From positions 1-50,298 of the forward strand of contig JAADHZ010000081.1 in the NCBI GenBank assembly GCA_013151575.1: a stretch of DNA of 50,298 nucleotides, written 5' to 3'. This document shows positions 36,054 to 44,023 of the stretch, piece after piece; positions within the stretch are counted from its first letter, which is position 1; every line of letters starts with the position of its first letter. This DNA is from Gammaproteobacteria bacterium. GTDB lineage: Bacteria; Pseudomonadota; Gammaproteobacteria; SZUA-152. Position numbers and translations under genes: made by a program. Below the pieces are notes generated by a model that saw only the letters and a program-made list of their open reading frames with translations, was not told the DNA's origin and made no database searches.

Positions 36054-38048
36054 ATGAGTAAAACGCATAACACTGTTTTCGCCGGCCAACGGTCGTTGCG
36101 GGCCAAGGTTAACATCACCGTCACTGTCATATTTTCTTTGGTGCTGGCGGGGGTCAGCTATTTTGCGGTCACCCACGAACGTGATCGGTTGATGGAAATG
36201 GCCCAGCATCAAGCGACGGAAATGACCACCTTTTATTTCGATAGCCTGAATACCATGATGCTCACGGGTACCATGGATCAGCGCAGCATTCTGCGCAACA
36301 AATTGCTGACGCGTAAGGGAATTGTTGAGGCACGCGTGATTAGGGGCGAACCCGTCATCAAGCAATTTGGCCCAGGTTTTTCGGACGAAGCGCCACTGGA
36401 TGATATGGACAGACGTGCCTTGCTGGGGCAGCAGGTCATGAGCATTGATGAACGGGCCGGCCAGCGCGTGATGACAGTGATCACCCCGTTTCGCGCCACT
36501 GAAAATACCCGTGAAGTGAATTGTCTCAGGTGCCATAACGTGTCGCTCGGCGCGGTGAATGGTGCTATTCGCATCGGTTACTCGCTGGCTGATGTGGATG
36601 CGGCGGTAGACCGCCAGCTTTGGTTGACCTTGTGGTTTAATCTGGGGATTTTTTTGGTTGGGCTGGTGCTGATTAACACGCTGTTGAAATTGTGGATCAT
36701 CAGTCCGCTGCTGCGCCTCAATGGCGTGTTGGCAAAAAGGGCTGCTGGGGATACAGATATTCGTGCCTTCGTTGAGGGGGATGATGAAATCGGCCAGTTG
36801 GCTGCGGTTTTCAACACGATGTCGGACAACGTCAACGCGGCGGTGGAACGGGAGCATCAGGCTGCCGAGGATTTACGTCATAAAGTGAATCATCTGCTGG
36901 AGGCCGTGGACAAGGTGGCGGAAGGCGATTTTGATGTGGTGGTGGTGCTTGACGGTGAGGACGCGATTGCGGAGCTGGCGGACCGCTTGCAGATCATGAT
37001 CAATTACATTGCCCGTTCCACGGAGGAAAAACAGGCAGAAGTGGAAACGTTGGACCGCAAAGTCGCGCAGATACTGCAAGTCGTGATTTTGGCGGCGGAG
37101 GGCGATCTCACCGGCCAGGTGGATATTCATGGAGAAGATGCCATTGGCAAACTGGCTACCGGTGTGCAAGGCATGATGAACAATCTCAACACCCTGGTGT
37201 CGCAGGTTCAACGTTCCGGCATTCAGGTGACGTCGTCGGCTGCGGAAATTGCGGCCACCGCCAAACAGCAGGAGGCCACCCTCGCGGAACAGGCCGCTAC
37301 CACCAGCGAAATTGCGGCCACTGCCACCGAAATTTTCGCTACCACTAAGGAATTGACCAACACCATGGACGAGGTGGCAGAGGTGGCGGACCGCACCCGG
37401 ACTTCTGCTGCCAGTGGCCTCAGTGACCTTGAAAGCATGGAAACCACTATGCAGCAAATTACCGAGGCGGCCGGGTCCATCGCCGCCAAATTTGAGGTGC
37501 TCAATGAGAAGGCGCGTAACATTAACAGCGTGGTGACCACCATCACCAAGGTGGCGGATCAGACCAATTTATTGTCACTAAACGCGGCCATTGAGGCGGA
37601 AAAAGCGGGCGAATACGGGTTGGGCTTTTCGGTGGTAGCCACTGAGGTGCGGCGACTGGCCGACCAGACCGCCGTGGCCACACTGGACATCGAACAGATG
37701 GTAAAGGAGATGCAGACCGCCGTGTCGTCTGGCGTGTTAAGCATGGAAAAATTTACCGACCAAGTGCGGCGTAGCGCAGGGGATGTGAATCAGGTGTCAT
37801 CGCAGTTATCCGTGCTTATCGAGGACGTACAGGAGTTTACCCCGCGGTTCGAAAATGTGCAGCAAGGCATGCATTTCCAGAGCCAGGGTGCGCAGCAGAT
37901 CAACCAAGCCATGATGCAATTGAGTGAATCGGCCCAGCAGTCAGTGGAATCCATTCGCCACTCCAATTCGGCTATCGATTCGCTTAACGATGCGGCACAG
38001 ACGCTGCAAAGTGGCGTCACCAAATTCCGTGTCAATAAAAACCACTGA
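36054..38048 (+). CDS. Methyl-accepting chemotaxis protein, WspA-like, with a periplasmic CXXCH (haem c) domain and three HAMP-like units
   Basis: TM1 at residues ~19-39 and TM2 ~199-221. Periplasmic segment with NCLRCHN (C157, C160, H161). Three repeats of the A-GD...GEDAIG-LA type. Signalling hairpin EAEKAGEYGLGFSVVATEVRRLADQTA. Confidence 0.9.
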   Translation: MSKTHNTVFAGQRSLRAKVNITVTVIFSLVLAGVSYFAVTHERDRLMEMAQHQATEMTTFYFDSLNTMMLTGTMDQRSILRNKLLTRKGIVEARVIRGEPVIKQFGPGFSDEAPLDDMDRRALLGQQVMSIDERAGQRVMTVITPFRATENTREVNCLRCHNVSLGAVNGAIRIGYSLADVDAAVDRQLWLTLWFNLGIFLVGLVLINTLLKLWIISPLLRLNGVLAKRAAGDTDIRAFVEGDDEIGQLAAVFNTMSDNVNAAVEREHQAAEDLRHKVNHLLEAVDKVAEGDFDVVVVLDGEDAIAELADRLQIMINYIARSTEEKQAEVETLDRKVAQILQVVILAAEGDLTGQVDIHGEDAIGKLATGVQGMMNNLNTLVSQVQRSGIQVTSSAAEIAATAKQQEATLAEQAATTSEIAATATEIFATTKELTNTMDEVAEVADRTRTSAASGLSDLESMETTMQQITEAAGSIAAKFEVLNEKARNINSVVTTITKVADQTNLLSLNAAIEAEKAGEYGLGFSVVATEVRRLADQTAVATLDIEQMVKEMQTAVSSGVLSMEKFTDQVRRSAGDVNQVSSQLSVLIEDVQEFTPRFENVQQGMHFQSQGAQQINQAMMQLSESAQQSVESIRHSNSAIDSLNDAAQTLQSGVTKFRVNKNH

Positions 38049-38509
38049 TGCTTTTTTTGCGATTCAATCTGGGTGAGTCCCGTTACGCGCTAGCCACCCA
38101 TGACGTGGTGGAAATTGTACCGGGAATTCGTCTGACCAAATTGCCCACCGCACCTGACTATGTGGCTGGGCTGTTCAATTATAGAGGACGCTCCGTACCC
38201 GTGATTGACGTATCGTGTCTGCTGCTGAAAAAAAACAGTATTCGCCGTCTCAGCACGCGCGTGGTACTGGTGACGGTGCGTCATGCCGCCGGGAGCGATC
38301 AGGTGCTCGGGTTATTGGTCGAACAGGCCACGGAGACCGTTAAACTGGATGAAAAACTATTTGTTCGTGCCGGTATTCAAACGCCGGAAGCATTGTGTCT
38401 CGGGCCAGTTTTTCCTGACGCAGAGGGGTTGATTACTCGCCTGACCCCACAAGTGATTTTTGAACACATGGACGAAAGCCTTTTGTTTCCCGCAAGTAAC
38501 CACACCTGA
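38048..38509 (+). CDS. CheW-like coupling protein (WspB-like)
   Basis: 153 aa. Typical CheW start, RYALATHDVVEIV...PDYVAGLFNYRGRSVPVIDV. Its ATG overlaps the receptor's TGA by 1 nt. Confidence 0.85.
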   Translation: MLFLRFNLGESRYALATHDVVEIVPGIRLTKLPTAPDYVAGLFNYRGRSVPVIDVSCLLLKKNSIRRLSTRVVLVTVRHAAGSDQVLGLLVEQATETVKLDEKLFVRAGIQTPEALCLGPVFPDAEGLITRLTPQVIFEHMDESLLFPASNHT

Positions 38510-38530
38510 AGCTGTTGCGGGCTTTGAACT

Positions 38531-39814
38531 ATGGCCATTTCCAAAATCAAACAACTGCTGCAAGAAAGCATGGGGTTGTACGTTGGGTCCGTCGGCGACT
38601 CCAGTATCGAACGGGCGATTCGGCACCGGATGGGAATACTGGAAACCCGTCGAGCGTCCCGGTACTTGTTACGGCTTCAACAAAACCAGGATGAGCTTGA
38701 CGAGTTGGTTGAGGAAGTGGTGGTCCCGGAAACCTGGTTTTTTCGTAACCGCGCCCCATTTGAGGCGCTGGTGAAATGTATTCCAAAATTACAACGCAAC
38801 GGGCAACGTGGCACTCAACCGCTGCGCATTTTGAGTGTTCCCTGCTCCACCGGTGAGGAGCCTTATTCCATTGCGATGACCCTGCTGGAACACGGGTTGA
38901 AAGAAACCGATTTCCATATCGACGCGGTGGACATCAGCCGCCGCGCCCTGACCAAGGCCCGGCGAGCTATTTATGGTAAACATTCTTTTCGGGAGAATGC
39001 CACGGCGATCATTTCGCAATGTGATTTCCGTGATAAATATTTTCGACGCAGTCGTTCCGGCCTGCACCTTGCACCGCAGGTGCGGGAGCGCGTTACGTTT
39101 ACCCGAGCGAATCTCCTGAAAGATATTGTCGGGCCATCAGCATCTTTTTATGATGTGGTGTTTTGCCGAAATATTCTGATTTATTTTGAATCGGAAACAC
39201 AAAAAAAGGTGATGAAAAAATTGCATTTGATGCTCAAACCGTCGGGCATTTTATTCGTTGGACATGCAGAGGCCTCAAAAATCGGGGAATCAGATTTTGA
39301 GAAACTGGATCAACCCAAATCCTTTGCTTTTCGAAAATTAGCCATACCGTTGAGCACGGGAAACGATTCGTTATTGCCTGTCGATAAACTGCAATTGGTT
39401 TTTGATCAGTTGGTGGCGATCACCAAAAGAGACTTGGAAGTGTCTAAAAAAACACGACCCAAAAAAACGCCACAGAAACCGAAAAAAATCAGCGTATCTG
39501 CCATTGATGTTGATTGGCATGGGGTTGAACGATTAATCAGCCAGTCGCGTTATTTTGAAGCGGTGAAACTGTGCGAGCAACGGTTGCAGAAAGAGCCAGA
39601 ATCGTCGGCGGGCTATTATTACCTTGGATTGATCAGCAGCTTGCAGGGCAATGCTGGTGCGGCGGAGACATTGGTAAAAAAATCCGTGTATCTGGACCCT
39701 GGCAATCATCGGGCGCTGGGTTTGGCGGCAGTGTTGGCAGATCAGCGCGGAGACAAAAACGCGGCGGAAACTCTGCGCCAGCGCAAGATACGGGTCAAAA
39801 CACGGGGGAAGTAA
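38531..39814 (+). CDS. CheR-type methyltransferase with C-terminal TPR (WspC-like)
   Basis: ETWFFRN, SAM-binding RILSVPCSTGEEPYSIAM, VVFCRNILIYF. C-terminal TPR (YYYLGLISSLQGNAGAAETLVKKSVYLDPGNHRAL). Confidence 0.9.
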   Translation: MAISKIKQLLQESMGLYVGSVGDSSIERAIRHRMGILETRRASRYLLRLQQNQDELDELVEEVVVPETWFFRNRAPFEALVKCIPKLQRNGQRGTQPLRILSVPCSTGEEPYSIAMTLLEHGLKETDFHIDAVDISRRALTKARRAIYGKHSFRENATAIISQCDFRDKYFRRSRSGLHLAPQVRERVTFTRANLLKDIVGPSASFYDVVFCRNILIYFESETQKKVMKKLHLMLKPSGILFVGHAEASKIGESDFEKLDQPKSFAFRKLAIPLSTGNDSLLPVDKLQLVFDQLVAITKRDLEVSKKTRPKKTPQKPKKISVSAIDVDWHGVERLISQSRYFEAVKLCEQRLQKEPESSAGYYYLGLISSLQGNAGAAETLVKKSVYLDPGNHRALGLAAVLADQRGDKNAAETLRQRKIRVKTRGK

Positions 39815-39829
39815 TTTGCATGCGAGTGT

Positions 39830-40531
39830 GTGGATGTTGATGCGATAACAATGGCCAAAAAACGACAATCACAAAACCCGAGTATCGATCGCTGCTGGAG
39901 TAGCATCGGTGTGTGGGGAAACCAAAAGCCACGTTGCGAAAAACTTGCAGAGGTGGTGCATTGTCGCAACTGCGATGTGTTTTCGCGCGCCGGTCGTGGC
40001 GTGTTCGAGCGACGTCCGCCGACGGAATACATGAGTCAGTGGCGCAAGGCGCTGGCCAAACCTCAGCGCAAAAAAGTGCGGGGCAGGCGGGGGGTGATGG
40101 TGTTTCGGTTGGCGGATGAATGGTATGCCTTACCGGTGAATCGGCTGCGGGAGATTGCCTCGTTGCGGCCTGTACACCGGATTCCCCATAGCACGTCAAA
40201 AGTTGTCTCCGGTATTGTCAATATCGGCGGGGAGGTACGGCTTTGTTATTCGCTGGCGGGTTTGTTGGGGGTGGGCGAGCCTTATTCTAAACCTGATTCC
40301 GGTTGCCCCAGAATGTTGGTCATTGAACTGGATGACGAGCTTTTTGTGTTCCCGGTGAACGAAGTGAGTGGGCTGGAGCATTATGCGGAGTCGGCATTGA
40401 CGCCACCGCCTGCAACGGTGGCGGGTGAGCGGCGTGAATTTTTGCTGGGTATGTTCAGCAGTGGAAAACGTCAAGTCGCGCTTCTGAACACGGATGCGCT
40501 GAAACACAATCTCAAAGGGATCTCGGCATGA
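39830..40531 (+). CDS. CheW-like protein with an N-terminal four-Cys motif (WspD-like)
   Basis: CWSSIGVWGNQKPRCEKLAEVVHCRNC followed by a CheW domain (VMVFRLADEWYALPVNRLREI...VSGIVNIGGEV). Alternative start at 39851. Confidence 0.8.
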   Translation: MDVDAITMAKKRQSQNPSIDRCWSSIGVWGNQKPRCEKLAEVVHCRNCDVFSRAGRGVFERRPPTEYMSQWRKALAKPQRKKVRGRRGVMVFRLADEWYALPVNRLREIASLRPVHRIPHSTSKVVSGIVNIGGEVRLCYSLAGLLGVGEPYSKPDSGCPRMLVIELDDELFVFPVNEVSGLEHYAESALTPPPATVAGERREFLLGMFSSGKRQVALLNTDALKHNLKGISA

Positions 40532-42789
40532 GCCCTTCAGGCGGCATGAGCGATTTTTCAATGTTTGATCTGTTTCGGCAGGAGGTTGAGGCTCAGGTTT
40601 CCACCTTAAGCCAGGATTTGATCGCGCTGGAAAAAAACGCTGGGTCACCGCAACACCTGGAGTCCCTGATGCGGGCTGCCCATTCTCTCAAGGGGGCCGC
40701 GCGCATGGTGAAGGTCGATGCCGTGGTGAGTATCGCGCATGTGATGGAGGATGCTTTTGTCGCGGCACAACGGGGTGAGCTGTCTTTTTCCAGTGAGCAC
40801 ATTGACGTGCTGCTGCGGGCGACGGACACCATCGTTTCCATTGCGGCGTTGGATGAAGACACACAACAACAGTGGCAACAGGAGAATGACGCCGATCTGA
40901 GCACACAGGTGGCGGCGCTTTCGCAGATACTCCAGCAGGAACAGCAACCCTCTGCCGGGACGGTGCCGCCATCGGTGGAAATGCTCCCAGGGCCTGATGA
41001 GCATCGAAACGGTGCAGGGCAGGGGGGCGAGGGTGGCAGAGGTGCAGGCAGGACGCTGCGTATTGATGCGGACCGTATGTCGAAAATTCTGGGGATGAGC
41101 GGAGAAATGCTCGTTGAATCTCGGGGGCTGGCTCAGTACACCGACGCATTATATTTCATCAAACGCCAGCAGGATGAACTCATGCTAACGCTGGAGCGCT
41201 GGCGGGATTCCGATGAGCCCGGGCGTGAGACGGCCCGCCTCGATTATCAACGGGCGGCATTCCAGCGGCTGGATGACATTCGGCGAGCACTCAGTGAACA
41301 AATCAACTCGCTGGGTGAATTTACTCGTCGTAACAGCAATCTTTCAAACAAACTTTATCATGAAATCGCCGGCAGCCGGATGCGCCCCTTCCTGGATGGT
41401 GTTACGGGTTTCACTCGCATGATTCGCGATCTGGGGCGTAGTTTGAAAAAAGATGTCACCCTGGATATTCGGGGTGGTGATACGCCAGTGGATCGTGATG
41501 TGTTGGAAAAAATCAAGGCGCCGCTCAACCATTTGTTACGTAACGCCGTAGATCACGGCATTGAGCCCTTTGAGGAGCGGGCGGCGGCGGGCAAATCCCA
41601 ATTAGCGACAATCGTACTGTCGGCCACTCATGGTGGTGGCCTGTTGAAACTGATGGTGAAAGATGACGGTGTGGGCATTGATGTGGAGCGTTTGCGGGAA
41701 AAACTGGTGGAAAAAGGCCTGGTTGAGGCCGATATGCTCAGCCATCTTGATAAAAATGAACTGCTGGAGTTTTTATTTTTGCCCAATTTTTCCACCCGTG
41801 ATGAGGTGACGGAAATTTCTGGCAGAGGCGTCGGCCTGGACGTGGTGCGGGATATGATGCGCGAGCTGGGCGGGACTGTTTCCATCGACAGTGTTGAAGG
41901 AAAAGGCTCCACCTTTCGGTTGAGTTTACCGCTAAGCCTGTCGGTGATGTCGGCATTGCTGGTGGAGGTGGATTCTGAGGCTTACGCTTTCCCGCTCACC
42001 CGGGTGGATCGCATTCTTCGCATTCGATCTGATTCCCTGATGCGCATGGAGGGACGGCAATACGTGCCGTACGAAGGCCGCAACATGGGGCTGATTTCCG
42101 CTGCTCAGGTGCTGGGTTTTGATGTGCCCATGGTCAATGACGAAGAGCTGACGGTGGTGGTGGTCAGCGATCGACTGGATCGTTATGGCGTAGTGGTGGA
42201 TCGTTTCATTGGCCAGCGGCAGTTATCGGTGCAGGCCCTGGATGCCCGTTTGGGCAAAGTGCAGGATGTCAGCTCCGCCGCGCTGATGGAAGACGGTACG
42301 CCGCTGCTGGTGCTGGACGTGGATGACATGGTGCGCAGCATCAATCACCTGGTTCACGATGGTGGGCTGGACAACGTGTACCAACATGCAGAAGAAAAAA
42401 CCCGGCTGGCGCGAAAGCGTATTCTGGTGGTGGATGATTCTCTGACCGTGCGCGAAGTTGAGCGTGAGCTGCTGGAGTCTCGTGGTTATCGGGTCGAAAC
42501 CGCTGTGGATGGTATGGACGGGTGGAATGCGGTGCGCAGCTCCCACTATGATCTGGTGGTGACCGATGTAGACATGCCGCGCATGGACGGCATCGAACTG
42601 GTGCAAGCCATACGTCATGACCTGCATTTGAGACTCCTGCCGGTGATGATCGTATCGTACAAAGACCGCAGCGAGGATCGCCGTCGCGGCTTGGACGCCG
42701 GGGCAGACTACTACCTCACCAAGGGCAGCTTTCACGATGATACCCTGATAGAGGCCGTTGTCGACATGATCGGCGAGGCGGTCAAATGA
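40528..42789 (+). CDS. Hybrid CheA-CheY histidine kinase (WspE-like)
   Basis: HPt domain (AAHSLKGAARMV), HATPase (HLLRNAVDHGIE, DDGVGID, GRGVGLDVV), a CheW-like domain, and a C-terminal REC (ILVVDDSLTVRE, VVTDVDMPRMDG, VSYK). Confidence 0.92.
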   Translation: MSPSGGMSDFSMFDLFRQEVEAQVSTLSQDLIALEKNAGSPQHLESLMRAAHSLKGAARMVKVDAVVSIAHVMEDAFVAAQRGELSFSSEHIDVLLRATDTIVSIAALDEDTQQQWQQENDADLSTQVAALSQILQQEQQPSAGTVPPSVEMLPGPDEHRNGAGQGGEGGRGAGRTLRIDADRMSKILGMSGEMLVESRGLAQYTDALYFIKRQQDELMLTLERWRDSDEPGRETARLDYQRAAFQRLDDIRRALSEQINSLGEFTRRNSNLSNKLYHEIAGSRMRPFLDGVTGFTRMIRDLGRSLKKDVTLDIRGGDTPVDRDVLEKIKAPLNHLLRNAVDHGIEPFEERAAAGKSQLATIVLSATHGGGLLKLMVKDDGVGIDVERLREKLVEKGLVEADMLSHLDKNELLEFLFLPNFSTRDEVTEISGRGVGLDVVRDMMRELGGTVSIDSVEGKGSTFRLSLPLSLSVMSALLVEVDSEAYAFPLTRVDRILRIRSDSLMRMEGRQYVPYEGRNMGLISAAQVLGFDVPMVNDEELTVVVVSDRLDRYGVVVDRFIGQRQLSVQALDARLGKVQDVSSAALMEDGTPLLVLDVDDMVRSINHLVHDGGLDNVYQHAEEKTRLARKRILVVDDSLTVREVERELLESRGYRVETAVDGMDGWNAVRSSHYDLVVTDVDMPRMDGIELVQAIRHDLHLRLLPVMIVSYKDRSEDRRRGLDAGADYYLTKGSFHDDTLIEAVVDMIGEAVK

Positions 42790-42881
42790 GGATCGCCATA
42801 GGTAATATTGCTGGCATCATGGAGCAACGGCGTGTGTACCATTCCCAAAATCCGGACGGTTGCGCCAGTACTGTCATTTAG
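42786..42881 (+). pseudogene. Possible remnant of the CheB/WspF methylesterase gene (31 codons)
   Basis: An ATG overlaps the CheA stop (ATGA) and encodes MRIAIGN..., which matches the usual M-[RK]-I-[AG]-I-V-N start of CheB/WspF. It then diverges and stops at 42879-42881. Only 175 nt separate the CheA-like and REC-GGDEF genes. Confidence 0.3.
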
Positions 42882-42991
42882 CGGCATAACGGCATCAGTT
42901 GCTGGAGACTATTATCAGGCCTGCCATGAAATGTGACGGCGGCAAGAGATAGAAATATTTTACAGTGGTAAAAAGGGGCCTGGCGCCAATT

Positions 42992-44023
42992 ATGTCTGAC
43001 GAGAATACAATGCAAAAAAACCAAACCACCGGCGGAAATCGTCAATCTGTGGGGCATACGCCTGTGGTGTTGCTGGTTGATGACCAAATGATAGTGGCGG
43101 AAGGCATTCGTCGTATGCTGGCGGAGGAAGAAGATATTCAGTACCACTATTGCAGCGACCCCCAAAAAGCCGTTTCCATGGCGGTGAAAATAAAGCCGAC
43201 GGTTATTCTGCAAGATTTGATTATGCCATATATTAATGGTTATGCATTGGTTGACGAATACCGCTCGCGAGTAGAAACCCGCAACATACCGGTGATTGTA
43301 CTTTCTACAAAAGAGGATCCCGAAGATAAAAGCCTGGCCTTTGAACGGGGAGCCAATGATTATTTAGTTAAACTGCCGAATAAAATCGAACTAATTGCCC
43401 GCATTCGTGCTCACTCCAAAAGCTACATCATGCAGATGCAACGTGATGAGGCATTTGCCGCATTGAGGGAAGTGCAGAGTGAGCTTGAAAAAAGTAATGA
43501 GGAGTTGCAAAGGCTTAGCTGTCTTGATGGCCTCACCGGCATTGCCAACCGGCGGCGCTTCGACGAATTTATTCACAACGAATGTCTGCGTTCCATCCGT
43601 GAAAACACCACGATGTCATTGCTGCTCATCGACATTGATTATTTCAAACCGTATAACGACAATTATGGTCATCTGGCGGGGGATGGTTGCTTGCGGCAGG
43701 TGGCCGCAGCGATGGACGAAGTAGTCCATCGCCCGGCAGACCTGGTGGCGCGCTACGGTGGCGAGGAGTTTGGTGTGGTGCTGCCGAACACGGGAATCCT
43801 GGGTGCTATGCGAGTGGCGGAAACCCTGACTGAGAATATTCGCTCCATGAATATACCTCATGCTTATTCCGAGGCGGCCAACCACGTGACCGTGAGCATG
43901 GGGGTAACCTGTCGCGTTGCCCGCGATGGCACCTCTCCCGAAGACCTGATCCGGTTTGCTGACTTGGCTCTGTACCGGGCCAAGGAGTCTGGCCGCGATT
44001 GTTACAAAATGTCAGAGGATTAA
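42992..44023 (+). CDS. Response regulator-diguanylate cyclase (REC-GGDEF, WspR-like)
   Basis: REC domain ([28 protein letters not shown]), coiled linker, GGEEF active site ([11 protein letters not shown]), and an RxxD I-site five residues upstream (RPAD). Start could be GTG 42965, ATG 42992 or ATG 43010. Confidence 0.9.
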   Translation: MSDENTMQKNQTTGGNRQSVGHTPVVLLVDDQMIVAEGIRRMLAEEEDIQYHYCSDPQKAVSMAVKIKPTVILQDLIMPYINGYALVDEYRSRVETRNIPVIVLSTKEDPEDKSLAFERGANDYLVKLPNKIELIARIRAHSKSYIMQMQRDEAFAALREVQSELEKSNEELQRLSCLDGLTGIANRRRFDEFIHNECLRSIRENTTMSLLLIDIDYFKPYNDNYGHLAGDGCLRQVAAAMDEVVHRPADLVARYGGEEFGVVLPNTGILGAMRVAETLTENIRSMNIPHAYSEAANHVTVSMGVTCRVARDGTSPEDLIRFADLALYRAKESGRDCYKMSED

